The notes under the pieces are model-generated. The model ran no database searches, was not told the origin of the DNA, and saw nothing but the letters and a program-made list of their open reading frames with translations. From an uncultured Lachnospiraceae bacterium (GTDB taxonomy: Bacteria; Bacillota; Clostridia; Lachnospirales; Lachnospiraceae): a stretch of DNA of 64,000 nt. The stretch covers positions 108,761 through 172,760 of the forward strand of contig CAMWPB010000002.1 of NCBI GenBank assembly GCA_947176065.1, read 5' to 3'. Below are positions 49,663-60,359 of the stretch, piece by piece. The position numbers and the translations under genes are program-made. Each line of letters begins with the position of its first letter. Position 1 is the stretch's first letter.

Positions 49663-49793
49663 TGGGCATGCTGTATATTCCAACGCAGACACGCTCCCGC
49701 TTCGCAAAAAGCGCAGCGGTACTAGGCTCGAAAAGACCTCGCCAAGTACCGGCGTTTTTTGAGAGTCTGCTTATGGATTATACAACATGCCCA
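49663..49793. repeat. Long intergenic stem-loop element (REP-like)
   Basis: Nested pairs TGGGCATG/CATGCCCA, TGTATA/TATACA, TCCA/TGGA, GCAGAC/GTCTGC, GGTACT/AGTACC. Confidence 0.6.
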
Positions 49794-49843
49794 ATGCGGA
49801 ATAAAATAAAGAAACATGATGTAGGAATAATAAGGAGAATAGG

Positions 49844-50557
49844 ATGGAAAAGAAAAGTTTAGCGCAGGAGCTTGCGGGGAACGCGTATCCGGGGCGGGGC
49901 ATTGTGATCGGTAAATCGGCGGACGGCGCCTATGCGGTGACGGCATATTTTATCATGGGCCGGAGCAGCAACAGCAGGAACAGGGTGTTTGTGGAGGACG
50001 GTGCGGGTATCCGCACACAGGCCTTTGATCCGTCCAAGCTGGAAGACCCCAGTCTGATTATCTATGCGCCGGTGCGGGTTCTCGGCAATAAAACCATTGT
50101 CACAAACGGCGACCAGACAGATACGGTCTATGAACTGATGGACAGGCAGCAGACTTTTGAGCAGGCGCTGCGCACAAGAGAATTTGAGCCGGATGCACCC
50201 AATTATACACCGCGTATTTCGGGAATCATGCATCTGGAAAATACCGCCTACAACTATGCCATGTCTATTTTAAAGACGAACAACGGCGATCCGTCTTCCT
50301 GCAGCCGTTACACATTCGCGTATGAGAATCCGAAGGCGGGAGAAGGCAGGTTTATACATACCTATATGGGAGACGATGATCCACTGCCCAGTTTTGAAGG
50401 GGAGCCGACCCTTGTGGGAATCGAGGGCGGCATTGATGAGTTTACAAAGACGGTCTGGGACAACCTGAACGAGGAAAATAAGGTGTCGCTGTTTGTGCGG
50501 TATATTGAGATTGCCACGGGGAAGTACGAGACAAGGATTGTAAATAAGAACCAATAA
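49844..50557 (+). CDS. IMP cyclohydrolase (PurO-like, stand-alone)
   Basis: YPGRGIVIG, YFIMGRS.NSRNR, FEPDAPNYTPRISG; upstream of the AICAR transformylase. Confidence 0.88.
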   Translation: MEKKSLAQELAGNAYPGRGIVIGKSADGAYAVTAYFIMGRSSNSRNRVFVEDGAGIRTQAFDPSKLEDPSLIIYAPVRVLGNKTIVTNGDQTDTVYELMDRQQTFEQALRTREFEPDAPNYTPRISGIMHLENTAYNYAMSILKTNNGDPSSCSRYTFAYENPKAGEGRFIHTYMGDDDPLPSFEGEPTLVGIEGGIDEFTKTVWDNLNEENKVSLFVRYIEIATGKYETRIVNKNQ

Positions 50558-50630
50558 CGGACGGAGGTATCCGGGCAGGAAATTCGGAATATGACCAGGA
50601 AAACAGAAACGATAGGAGAGCACAGAGACG

Positions 50631-51809
50631 ATGAACGAATTGGAATTAAAATATGGCTGTAACCCGAATCAGAAGCCGTCCCGCATTTTTATGGCGGATG
50701 GAAGCGATCTGCCGATTCAGGTGTTGAACGGCAGGCCGGGGTATATCAATTTTTTGGACGCTTTTAACGGCTGGCAGCTTGTGAGCGAGTTAAAGAAAGC
50801 CACAGGCCTTCCGGCGGCGACTTCATTTAAGCATGTATCTCCTGCCGGGGCGGCAGTAGGTCTCCCCTTGGAGGAGACTTTGGCAAAGATTTATTGGGTG
50901 GACGATCTGGGTGAGCTTTCTCCGCTGGCCTGCGCTTATGCCAGGGCAAGGGGCGCGGACAGAATGAGCTCTTTCGGTGATTTTATTGCGCTCTCCGACG
51001 TGTGTGACGCGGATACGGCCAGACTGATTAAGAGAGAGGTTTCGGACGGCGTGATCGCGCCGGGGTATGAGCCGGAGGCGCTGGAGATTCTGAAAGCGAA
51101 GAAGAAAGGCGCGTACAATGTGATTCAGATTGACGAGGCGTATATGCCTGCGCCGACTGAGGTGAAGCAGGTGTACGGCATCAGCTTTGAGCAGGGAAGG
51201 AACGAGCTGAAAATCGACGATGCCTTCTTTGACAATATTGTAACGAAGTCCAAAGAACTGCCGAAGCAGGCGAAGATTGACCTGGCGATTGCCATGATTA
51301 CCTTGAAATACACACAGTCCAATTCCGTGTGCTATGTGAAGGACGGGCAGGCCATCGGTATCGGCGCGGGGCAGCAGTCCAGAATCCACTGCACGAGACT
51401 GGCGGGCACGAAAGCGGACAACTGGTTCCTGCGGCAGGCTCCGCAGGTGCTCGACCTGCAGTTCGTGGACGGCATTGGCCGGGCGGACAGGGACAATTCC
51501 ATCGACCTCTATATCGGGGAGGATTACATGGATGTGCTGGCGGACGGCGCATGGCAGAAAATATTTAAGGTAAAGCCGGAGGTGTTTACGGCGGAAAAGA
51601 AGCGCACCTGGCTGGACCAGATGAGCGGCGTGGCACTGGGGTCGGATGCGTTCTTCCCCTTTGGGGATAACATTGAACGCGCCCACAAAAGCGGCGTACA
51701 GTATGTGGCGCAGCCCGGCGGCTCGGTGCGGGACGACAATGTGATCGAGGTCTGCGATAAGTACGGCATGACCATGTGCTTTACGGGGATACGGCTGTTT
51801 CATCATTGA
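50631..51809 (+). CDS. purH: AICAR transformylase (PurH transformylase domain only)
   Basis: LKYGCNPNQ, SFKHVSPAG, KYTQSNSV, GQQSRIHC, SDAFFPF; no N-terminal cyclohydrolase domain. Confidence 0.92.
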   Translation: MNELELKYGCNPNQKPSRIFMADGSDLPIQVLNGRPGYINFLDAFNGWQLVSELKKATGLPAATSFKHVSPAGAAVGLPLEETLAKIYWVDDLGELSPLACAYARARGADRMSSFGDFIALSDVCDADTARLIKREVSDGVIAPGYEPEALEILKAKKKGAYNVIQIDEAYMPAPTEVKQVYGISFEQGRNELKIDDAFFDNIVTKSKELPKQAKIDLAIAMITLKYTQSNSVCYVKDGQAIGIGAGQQSRIHCTRLAGTKADNWFLRQAPQVLDLQFVDGIGRADRDNSIDLYIGEDYMDVLADGAWQKIFKVKPEVFTAEKKRTWLDQMSGVALGSDAFFPFGDNIERAHKSGVQYVAQPGGSVRDDNVIEVCDKYGMTMCFTGIRLFHH

Positions 51810-51831
51810 TAGGAGGACGCGCGGGAGAAAA

Positions 51832-51860
51832 TTGCTTTTTTTAAGCAGTCGTGGTAAAAT
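51832..51860 (+). promoter_or_regulatory. sigmaA-type promoter for ptb-buk
   Basis: TTGCTT, 17-nt spacer, TAAAAT with TGn extension. Confidence 0.55.
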
Positions 51861-51954
51861 TTAGAAGCCGCATGAGAAAAACAGGCGACTACGTAGCGCA
51901 GGTTTGCGGGGTTAGAAGGAAAAGATAATAAAACAAAGGAGTGGAAAAGGGACA

Positions 51955-52875
51955 ATGAGTAAGAGTTTTGAGGATCTGTTATCAAAGGTTTCCGAGTGTG
52001 AGATGAAGAAGGTTGCGGTAGCGGTAGCGCAGGACAGCGCGGTTCTCGAGGCTGTGGCTGCGGCGAAGGAGAGGGGTATCGCGGAGGCGATCCTTGTGGG
52101 TGACGCGGATAAGATCAAAGAGGTGGCGGAGGCCGACAAGGTGGATATCAGCGGGTTCGAAATTATTGACGTGAAGGAGGACTATGAGGCGGCTTTGAAG
52201 GCGGTCAGCTTGGTACACGAGGGCAAGGCTGATATGTACATGAAGGGTCTGATTGATACGAAGTCCTTCTTAAAGAGCGTGCTGGACAAAGAGGTTGGCT
52301 TAAGAACGGGCAAGGCGCTTTCCCACGTATGCGTGTTTGAGGTGGAGGGGGTAGACCATCTCCTGTTCCTGACGGACGTTGCGTTTATGACATATCCCAC
52401 GCTGGAGGATAAGGTACATATCATTGAGAATACGGTGGATGTGTGTCATGCCTGCGGCATTCCGAATCCCAAAGTGGCACCCCTTGCGGCGGTAGAGGTA
52501 GTGAATCCCAAGATGCCTGTCACGGTGGAGGCTGAGGAGCTGACAAAGATGTGTGAGGAAGGAAAGATTACAGGCTGTGTTGTGGACGGCCCTCTTTCCC
52601 TGGATCTGGCCATCGACCCGGAGGCGGCGAAGCATAAGGGCGCAGAAGGAAGAAAGATCGTGGGCGATGCGGATGTACTGCTCTTCCCCGATATCCATGC
52701 GGGCAATCTGGTTTACAAGTGTCTGGTACATACGGCAAAGGTTAAGAACGGCAACATTCTGACCGGCACGAAGGCTCCGGTTATTCTGACTTCTCGTTCC
52801 GACGATTTTGAGACGAAGGTAAATTCCCTCGCGCTGGGAGCAGTTATGGCCGGTGCTATGGCGAAGATGAATTAG
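51955..52875 (+). CDS. ptb: Phosphate butyryltransferase
   Basis: VAVAVAQD, YMKG, DGPLSLDLA, PDIHAGN, LTSRSD; paired with buk. Confidence 0.93.
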   Translation: MSKSFEDLLSKVSECEMKKVAVAVAQDSAVLEAVAAAKERGIAEAILVGDADKIKEVAEADKVDISGFEIIDVKEDYEAALKAVSLVHEGKADMYMKGLIDTKSFLKSVLDKEVGLRTGKALSHVCVFEVEGVDHLLFLTDVAFMTYPTLEDKVHIIENTVDVCHACGIPNPKVAPLAAVEVVNPKMPVTVEAEELTKMCEEGKITGCVVDGPLSLDLAIDPEAAKHKGAEGRKIVGDADVLLFPDIHAGNLVYKCLVHTAKVKNGNILTGTKAPVILTSRSDDFETKVNSLALGAVMAGAMAKMN

Positions 52876-52879
52876 TGCA

Positions 52880-53046
52880 ACAATTCAGCCAGAGTGAGTC
52901 TTTCGGGCAAACCGTGCTTGCACGAGTTTGAGCGGAAGATGATGCTCTGAGGGAACGCCCGTATTATGAGCAAAAGGAGTTGCGTAGCAACGGAGAGCAT
53001 CGAAGATGCGATTTTGCGAATGGGCGTGAGCTGAACTGTGAATTGT
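52880..53046. repeat. Structured intergenic element with terminal inverted repeat (REP/MITE-like)
   Basis: ACAATTCA/TGAATTGT ends; hairpins CAAAC-CGTGC-TT-GCACG-A-GTTTG and GTTGC-GTA-GCAAC; GATGCTCT/AGAGCATC. Confidence 0.6.
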
Positions 53047-53076
53047 AAATGTAAAATAAAAATGGGGGTAATCAAA

Positions 53077-54144
53077 ATGGCTATCAAAAGTTTAATTATT
53101 AATCCCGGTTCCACATCGACAAAGATCGGCGTGTTTGAGGATGAAACTCTCCTGTTTGAGGAGACTTTAAGACATTCCACGGAAGAGATCGCGCAGTATG
53201 AAAAGATTGTGGATCAGAAGGATTTCCGCAGAAAGATCATCGAGGATCTGTTGAAAGAGAAAGATTTTGACATCAAGTCTTTGAACATGGTAGTGGGCCG
53301 CGGCGGTATGTTAAAGCCGATTCCGGGCGGCACCTACGCGGTGACAGACGATCTGCTGGAGGATTTAAAGATCGGCGTGCAGGGGCCTCATGCCTCTAAT
53401 CTTGGCGGTATTTTGGCGAGAGAGATCGGTGACTCCATCGGTGTTCCCTCCTATATTGTGGATCCCGTGGTGGTTGACGAGCTGGAGCCTGTGTCCAGAT
53501 ATTCCGGCGTGCCGGAGCTGCCAAGGACCAGTGTGTTCCATGCGCTGAACCAGAAGGCGGTGGCGAAGCGTTATGCGAAGGAGCAGGGCAAGACATATGA
53601 TTCCCTGAATCTGGTTGTGGTGCATATGGGCGGCGGTGTGTCCGTGGGCGCGCATAAGAAGGGCAGTGTGGTGGATGTGTTTAACGCGCTTGACGGAGAC
53701 GGCGCATTCTCTCCCGAGAGAGCGGGCGCGGTGCCCAGCGGCGCACTCATAAAAATGTGCTTTTCCGGGAAATATACGGAGAAAGAGGTTTACAAGAAAT
53801 TTGTGGGCGGCGGCGGTTTCAACGCTTACTGCGGCACTAATGATATGCGCGATGTAGAAAAGATGGTACAGGGCGGCGACAAGAAGGCCGAGGAGGTCAG
53901 AGAGGCGTTTATCACGCAGGTGGCCAAGGATATCGGCGCTATGGCATGCGTATTGCAGGGTAAGGTGGATCAGATTATTGTGACCGGAGGCATTGCCTAC
54001 GATAAGGCAGTGGTTGCGGGCCTTAAGGAGAAGGCGGAGTGGATTGCACCCATGACCGTTTATCCCGGCGAAGATGAGCTGATGGCTCTGGTACAGGGCG
54101 GCCTGCGTATCCTGCGCGGCGAGGAAGAATTGAAGGTATATTGA
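53077..54144 (+). CDS. buk: Butyrate kinase
   Basis: [34 protein letters not shown]. Confidence 0.97.
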   Translation: MAIKSLIINPGSTSTKIGVFEDETLLFEETLRHSTEEIAQYEKIVDQKDFRRKIIEDLLKEKDFDIKSLNMVVGRGGMLKPIPGGTYAVTDDLLEDLKIGVQGPHASNLGGILAREIGDSIGVPSYIVDPVVVDELEPVSRYSGVPELPRTSVFHALNQKAVAKRYAKEQGKTYDSLNLVVVHMGGGVSVGAHKKGSVVDVFNALDGDGAFSPERAGAVPSGALIKMCFSGKYTEKEVYKKFVGGGGFNAYCGTNDMRDVEKMVQGGDKKAEEVREAFITQVAKDIGAMACVLQGKVDQIIVTGGIAYDKAVVAGLKEKAEWIAPMTVYPGEDELMALVQGGLRILRGEEELKVY

Positions 54145-54173
54145 GAAATGGAATCCTCATAGGAATATGGGCG

Positions 54174-54206
54174 GCGGAGGGGCAGGAAAACAGGCTCCTC
54201 CGTTTT
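54174..54206 (+). terminator. Rho-independent terminator after buk
   Basis: GCGGAGGGGC / GCTCCTCCGT stem followed by a T-run. Confidence 0.6.
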
Positions 54207-54208
54207 GC

Positions 54209-54237
54209 TTGAATTTGCGTACTGTATCTGGTAGAAT
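54209..54237 (+). promoter_or_regulatory. sigmaA-type promoter for secA
   Basis: TTGAAT, 17-nt spacer, TAGAAT with TGn extension. Confidence 0.55.
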
Positions 54238-54320
54238 ATAGTTTAGTGTTTTGTTATTGTGGGGATTTTTTGAGAGAAAGGCACGTGTCCGCAGGGTAGA
54301 CACATAGGAACGGGAAGATT

Positions 54321-56885
54321 ATGAGCGTAGTACAAAAAATATTCGGAACGCACAGTGAACGGGAGATCAAGCGCATTAACGGTCTGGTTGATAAAATCGA
54401 GGGTATGCGGCCTGAGATGATGGAAATGACGGACGAGCAGATGCGTAATAAGACAAAAGAATTCAAAAAAAGACTCTCCGAGGGGGAGACTTTGGATGAT
54501 CTTTTGCCGGAGGCATATGCGCTTGTCCGGGAGGCGGCCAGAAGAGTTCTTAACACGGAACATTACAGAGTACAGCTGATCGGCGGCATTATCCTGCATC
54601 AGGGACGCATTGCGGAAATGAGAACCGGTGAAGGTAAGACACAGACCTGTCTTTTGCCGGCTTATCTGAATGCGCTGGAAGGGAAGGGCGTGCATGTTGT
54701 CACGGTCAACGACTATCTGGCGAAGCGTGATGCGGAGTGGATGGGGCAGGTACATGAGTTCCTTGGCCTGAAAGTGGGATGTGTTTTAAACGACATGAAG
54801 TCAGAGGAGCGCAGGGAGGCCTACAACTGCGACATTACCTATGTGACCAACAACGAGCTGGGTTTCGACTATCTGCGTGACAATATGGTCATCTACAAGG
54901 AACAGCTCGTGCTCAGGGATCTTCATTACGCCATCATCGACGAGGTGGACTCGGTGCTGATCGACGAGGCCAGAACACCGTTGATTATATCCGGCCAGAG
55001 CGGCAAATCCACGAAGCTTTACGAGGCGTGCGATATTCTGGCGAAGCAGCTTACCAGAGGCGAGGATATGGAAGAGTTGTCCAAGATGGATGCCATCATG
55101 GGAATTGAGCGGGAGGAAACCGGGGACTTCATCGTGAACGAGAAGGACAAGGTGGTGAACCTGACCGCGCAGGGCGTTTCCAAGGTGGAGCGTTTCTTCC
55201 AGATCGAGAATCTGGCTGACCCGGAGAATCTGGAAATCCAGCACAATATTATACTGGCTCTGCGGGCGCACAACCTGATGTTCCGTGATCAGGACTACGT
55301 GGTGAGCGACGATCAGGTCATGATTGTGGATGAGTTTACCGGCCGTATTATGCCGGGACGGCGTTATTCCGACGGCCTGCATCAGGCGATTGAAGCGAAG
55401 GAGCATGTGAAGGTGAAACGGGAGAGCAAGACGCTTGCCACCATTACCTTCCAGAACTTCTTTAATAAATTTGAGAAAAAGGCGGGTATGACGGGTACGG
55501 CTCTCACGGAAGAAAAAGAGTTCCGCGATATTTACGGCATGGACGTGGTGGCCATTCCCACGAATAAGCCGGTGGCCCGTATCGACCATCAGGACGCTGT
55601 ATATAAAACAAGAAAAGAGAAGCTTAAGGCAATTCTCCGTGCGGTGCAGGAAGCGCACGCCAAGGGGCAGCCCGTGCTGGTTGGTACGATCAACATCGAC
55701 GCTTCGGAGGAGCTTTCCGCCATCTTTAAGAGAAACGGTCTGGAGCATAAGGTGCTGAACGCCAAGTTCCATGAGCTGGAGGCGGAGATTGTGGCGGACG
55801 CCGGCATTCATGGTGCGGTTACCATCGCCACCAATATGGCGGGCCGTGGTACGGATATCAAGCTGGACGAGGAAGCGAGAGCGGCGGGCGGCCTTATGAT
55901 CATCGGCACGGAGCGTCATGAGTCCAGACGTATCGACAACCAGCTTCGAGGACGAAGCGGTCGTCAGGGCGATCCCGGAGAATCGAAGTTCTATATCTCC
56001 CTGGAGGACGATCTGATGAGGCTGTTCGGCTCAGACCGCATGATTACCATGTTTAACGCGCTGGGTATCCCGGAAGGGCAGGAGATTGAGCACAGCGCGC
56101 TGACGAAGGCAATCGAGACAGCCCAGAAGAAGATCGAGAACAATAACTTCGGCATCAGAAAGAGCCTGCTTGAGTACGATCAGGTAATGAACGAGCAGAG
56201 AGAAATTATATATGAGGAGAGACGCCGCGTTCTGGATGGAGAGAGTATGAGGGACGCGATTTACAAGATGATTACGGATATCACGGAAAACTGCGTGGAT
56301 ATCTGCATCGGCGACGACTCCGATTTTGAGGATTGGGATTATAACGAGTTAAATACCCTGCTGATTCCCACGGTGCCCTTAAAACCCGTGGATGCGTCGA
56401 GGGTATTGAAGCCTAAGAAAAACAGCTTAAAACAGCAGTTAAAAGAGGAGGCCGTGAAGCTTTACGAGAGCAAGGAGGCGGAGTTCCCGGAGCCCGAGGC
56501 GATCCGCGAGATCGAGAGAGTGATTCTTCTCAAGGTGATTGACAGAAAGTGGATGGATCACATCGACGATATGGATCAGCTCCGTCAGGGTGCGGGCCTG
56601 CAGGCTTACGGACAGAAAGATCCGCTGGTGGAGTATAAGCTGAACGGTTACGAGATGTTTGATGAGATGACGCAGAACATCAAGGAGGAAACCGTGCGTC
56701 TCCTGTTCCGTGTACGCATTGAGCAGAAGGTGGAGAGAGAGCAGGTGGCCAAGGTGACCGGCACCAATAAGGACGATACCCTGCAGAAAGGCCCGGTGAA
56801 GCGGGCGGAGGCGAAGGTTTATCCCAACGATCCCTGTCCATGCGGGAGCGGGAAAAAGTATAAGCAGTGCTGCGGCCGGAAGTAA
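54321..56885 (+). CDS. secA: Preprotein translocase ATPase SecA
   Basis: [38 protein letters not shown]-terminal [13 protein letters not shown]. Confidence 0.99.
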   Translation: MSVVQKIFGTHSEREIKRINGLVDKIEGMRPEMMEMTDEQMRNKTKEFKKRLSEGETLDDLLPEAYALVREAARRVLNTEHYRVQLIGGIILHQGRIAEMRTGEGKTQTCLLPAYLNALEGKGVHVVTVNDYLAKRDAEWMGQVHEFLGLKVGCVLNDMKSEERREAYNCDITYVTNNELGFDYLRDNMVIYKEQLVLRDLHYAIIDEVDSVLIDEARTPLIISGQSGKSTKLYEACDILAKQLTRGEDMEELSKMDAIMGIEREETGDFIVNEKDKVVNLTAQGVSKVERFFQIENLADPENLEIQHNIILALRAHNLMFRDQDYVVSDDQVMIVDEFTGRIMPGRRYSDGLHQAIEAKEHVKVKRESKTLATITFQNFFNKFEKKAGMTGTALTEEKEFRDIYGMDVVAIPTNKPVARIDHQDAVYKTRKEKLKAILRAVQEAHAKGQPVLVGTINIDASEELSAIFKRNGLEHKVLNAKFHELEAEIVADAGIHGAVTIATNMAGRGTDIKLDEEARAAGGLMIIGTERHESRRIDNQLRGRSGRQGDPGESKFYISLEDDLMRLFGSDRMITMFNALGIPEGQEIEHSALTKAIETAQKKIENNNFGIRKSLLEYDQVMNEQREIIYEERRRVLDGESMRDAIYKMITDITENCVDICIGDDSDFEDWDYNELNTLLIPTVPLKPVDASRVLKPKKNSLKQQLKEEAVKLYESKEAEFPEPEAIREIERVILLKVIDRKWMDHIDDMDQLRQGAGLQAYGQKDPLVEYKLNGYEMFDEMTQNIKEETVRLLFRVRIEQKVEREQVAKVTGTNKDDTLQKGPVKRAEAKVYPNDPCPCGSGKKYKQCCGRK

Positions 56886-57054
56886 AAGAAGATGAATATG
56901 GTTTATACAGGGGAAGAAATTGAGCCGGATGAAGACAAGGAAGGAATACCGCTTGAGGAATGTTTAAAATAATGGAAAATTAGTTATTTATGTGATTGAC
57001 ATTGACAACCGTGGCGACATTTACAAAAGGTATTAAGAAAGAAGGTGACGTTAA

Positions 57055-58159
57055 GTGGTAGAGTTAGACAATATAAAATCGGAGCTTTTAGCATACGAAA
57101 GCCCCTTAGCGGAAGTGAGGGATTCACTTTAACTTAGCAGATAAGGTAAAGCGGATCGAAGAGCTTGACATGGAAATGCAGGCCCCGGACTTCTGGGAAG
57201 ACCCGGAGAAGTCTAACCAGAAGATGCGGGAGTCCAAGGGACTTAAAAGTGTCGTGGAGACGATGGACGGCCTTTCCCGTCAGTACGAAGACATTCTGGA
57301 ATTGATTGAGCTGGGCTATGAGGACAACGACCCGGCGATCATTCCCGATATCGAGGAGGAGCTTGCTTCCTTCAAGGAAACTTTTGAGAATATCAGGATC
57401 AGCACCCTCCTGTCGGGAGAGTATGATAAAAACAATGCCATTTTGAAGCTGAATGCAGGGGCAGGCGGTACGGAGAGCTGCGACTGGTGCAGTATGCTCT
57501 ACCGCATGTACACCCGCTGGGCGGAGCGGAAGGGCTATTCTCTGGAAGTGATCGACTATCTGGACGGCGACGAGGCGGGCATCAAGTCCGTGACTTTCCA
57601 GATCAACGGTGAGAATGCCTACGGCTATCTGAAGTCGGAGAAGGGCGTACACAGACTTGTGCGCATTTCTCCTTTCAATGCGCAGGGCAAGCGGCAGACC
57701 TCCTTTGTGTCCCTCGACGTGATGCCGGACATTGAGGAGGATGTGGATGTGGAGGTGAAGGATGAGGATATCCGTATCGACACCTACCGAAGCAGCGGCG
57801 CGGGCGGCCAGCATATCAACAAGACTTCCTCGGCGATCCGTATCACCCATTTCCCCACGGGAATCGTGGTGACCTGCCAGAACGAGCGCAGCCAGTTCCA
57901 GAATAAGGACAAGGCGATGCAGATGCTGAAGGCGAAGCTCTATATGTTAAAGCAGGAGGAGAACGCGGAGAAGCTGTCGGATATCCGTGGCGATGTAAAG
58001 GAGATCGGCTGGGGAAACCAGATCCGATCCTATGTGATGCAGCCTTACACCATGGTGAAAGACCACCGGACGAACGAGGAGTCCGGCAATGTGGACGCGG
58101 TGATGGACGGGGCGATTGATCCCTTTATCAATGCGTACCTGAAGTGGATTAACGGTTAG
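57055..58159 (+). CDS. prfB: Peptide chain release factor 2, programmed +1 frameshift at 57127-57133
   Basis: GTG 57055 opens a 25-codon frame ending AGG GAT TCA CTT TAA C. The +1 frame continues into 57170..58159 with SPF and GGQ motifs. Confidence 0.95.
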
Positions 58160-58898
58160 TATTGTGTTTAATCAGATCCAGAAAGAACTCCGCCTCGGTG
58201 GCAGCCATATAGGGAATGACCCACAGCAGGGCGAGTCCCCATGACAACAGACCGAGGAGAAGGAGCGGAAGAAAGCTCACATACAGATAGAAGAGTCGGC
58301 CCTTGTGGTGTACCATGAGGCGTCGGCTCTTTTGCAGCAGTTCCTTTGCCGTGTACTGCGGAAAATCGTGGAGCAGGAAAAAGGTCTGGGCGTAAAAGAG
58401 ACTCAGCATGACGGAAACCGCCCCCGAAAAAATCAGGGCGAGGGCATAGGGCAGCATAAGTTTCATTATTTTATCCAGATGATCATTCGCCAATAGCATA
58501 TAGTTTAAAATAATCTGGGGCAGGCTCGCAATATAGGTGATCAGCGTAATCCATGCCTGTATGGTGATGGCCTTGTCTGGGCAGAGCTGGAAGCCGTAAA
58601 ACAGATCGCCCACGGAAACAGGGCGTCCGCAGATCAGTTTCAGGTAAAGGTAAGCGCTGCCCGAGGAAAAAAGCCCGGTCAGGATGGAAACCAGAAACAT
58701 AATCGCATAGTAAATAATCGTGCCGGGTATCGTGGAGAGATCCACGAGCAGGCTTACGGCAATGGTGACTGTGCCCATCAGCGCGCCCAAAATCAGAAAA
58801 GCGCCGATGGCGGTGCCGTAATGCCCGAGCAGATGTTCCCTAGCGCTGGCTTTCAATTCTGCGGAAGATTTAAACTGGTTCATGTCAGACTGCCTCAT
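58149..58898 (-). CDS. DUF975-family membrane protein
   Basis: N-terminal ELK..ARE.L, multiple TM helices, C-terminal LWVIPY..A..A.FF. Confidence 0.8.
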   Translation of the reverse strand: MRQSDMNQFKSSAELKASAREHLLGHYGTAIGAFLILGALMGTVTIAVSLLVDLSTIPGTIIYYAIMFLVSILTGLFSSGSAYLYLKLICGRPVSVGDLFYGFQLCPDKAITIQAWITLITYIASLPQIILNYMLLANDHLDKIMKLMLPYALALIFSGAVSVMLSLFYAQTFFLLHDFPQYTAKELLQKSRRLMVHHKGRLFYLYVSFLPLLLLGLLSWGLALLWVIPYMAATEAEFFLDLIKHNTNR

Positions 58899-59484
58899 CG
58901 AAGTTCATGCCGCGGTATTTATTCGCCGCGTCGGAGGACTTCATTTCTTTCTGGTAGGGATTCTCTTCATTAAAATATTTGATCTGGGTAGCGGTGGTGC
59001 CGCCTGATACATAGGTGCGTCCGCACTCCGGGCAGATGTCCGTGTGGATGGACACATTGCAGGAAACCACCTTGCCGTTGTCTTTCGCTGCCTTCTGGTA
59101 AGCGTTGCTCACATGCTCCTGCTCGTGGCTTCTCACCTTGGAAGCGGCTGCCTTGGGATCAATATGGGAAGGCGCTTTGAAGGAGACGTCGCCCTCGTCG
59201 GAGCCGTCCTGGTATTTGCGGTTTTTGCATGTCTCGCACTCGGCGGGAGAGGATTTCTTGCCCGCCTGCTTTTCGGTGGATTCACCGGGATTGCGGATGA
59301 CAACGCGGCCGTCTTCGGGTGTTTCCGAAGCGCCGGTCATCCCCTGTGCGGCGGCTGCCTCTGCGTCGCCTGAGCCTGCAGGCTGTTCCGGTCTGGAAGA
59401 AGCGGATGCAGCAGAGCCTGTGTAGGGCGCATAAGCAGTATAAGGATTATAATAGGAAGTTCCCATGATTGGAGAAATGGTCAT
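58885..59484 (-). CDS. Hypothetical Cys/His-rich protein (SprA-related-like HEQEH motif)
   Basis: CETC, SHEQEHV, CPECGR. Start 59484 preferred; ORF is open to 59508. Confidence 0.7.
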   Translation of the reverse strand: MTISPIMGTSYYNPYTAYAPYTGSAASASSRPEQPAGSGDAEAAAAQGMTGASETPEDGRVVIRNPGESTEKQAGKKSSPAECETCKNRKYQDGSDEGDVSFKAPSHIDPKAAASKVRSHEQEHVSNAYQKAAKDNGKVVSCNVSIHTDICPECGRTYVSGGTTATQIKYFNEENPYQKEMKSSDAANKYRGMNFDEAV

Positions 59485-59583
59485 AACATTATCCTGCCTT
59501 TCTTTCATTTACTACTATGTTAAAAGTTCTATTTAGCAATTCTGTTTCCACATGATCCCATGGAACAAAACTTTGCGGCGCTA

Positions 59584-60105
59584 CTACTTCAATTCGTCCA
59601 TATCCCACATATCGTAGATTTCTTCCATCATCTCATAGTAGGAGACGCCGTACTGGTCTTCACAGATCCTGTTGACTTCGTCAGTCAGCTCCGGGGAGAG
59701 TCTGGGAAGGGAAAACACCAGCCATACGGCGAAGACACAAAACGCCACGTCCAACGCGAGTCCGGTAACACAGCAGATCATGCCCGCCTTCGCCTTGCCG
59801 GGCATTTTCCTTGCGCCGCCCCTGGAGAGGATCGCCAGAATAATGCCGACGCCGCCCAGAAGAAACGGCATGGACAGCCTCAGAAGCAAAAGGCTTCCGA
59901 GTGTGATAATACCCAGAATCATGGAAGCGGTAGCCATACTGTCGCCCTTCGGTTTCATGGGGGCCGGCCGTAATGGCGCGCCGTAGGGATTGTAGGGGTC
60001 GTTATTGTTGTAAGGATTGCCGTTATATGGATTATTCGGATTATTGTTGTAAGGGTTGTAACCGCCGCCGGGACCGCCCTGCGGGTTGTTTGGTTGATAG
60101 TCCAT
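59584..60105 (-). CDS. DUF4190-like membrane protein with N/P/Y-rich N-terminal tail
   Basis: NPYN repeats; ASMILGII...GIILAILS...AKAGMIC..GL. Confidence 0.75.
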   Translation of the reverse strand: MDYQPNNPQGGPGGGYNPYNNNPNNPYNGNPYNNNDPYNPYGAPLRPAPMKPKGDSMATASMILGIITLGSLLLLRLSMPFLLGGVGIILAILSRGGARKMPGKAKAGMICCVTGLALDVAFCVFAVWLVFSLPRLSPELTDEVNRICEDQYGVSYYEMMEEIYDMWDMDELK

Positions 60106-60359
60106 AGTATATGCCTCGTTTCCGTTAGCGGATTCTATTCTGTAAGAAATGGCGACAGCGCCCGATTTCTTTTTAGTTTAGCACATTTTTCCGAAAAAAA
60201 CCATAGCTTCACGCCGGCGGACAGCTTTTTTCTTGAATTTTTCCTCTTCAGGCATGCATTTCCTGTGGCGGATTTCGGATTTATCCTGTATAATAAAAAC
60301 GTTAGGCAAAAGAATGCATGTATACTTTGTCGTAGTGAAGCGATAAAGAAGAGGGTATT

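Noticed and set aside
49654-49843. ZTP (pfl) riboswitch before IMP cyclohydrolase/purH
   Set aside because: No GUGACUGGCG...GCCUGGGCA-type consensus; the structure is a long symmetrical hairpin instead.
57170-58159. N-terminally truncated prfB pseudogene
   Set aside because: Explained by the programmed +1 frameshift; the upstream 25-codon frame is intact.
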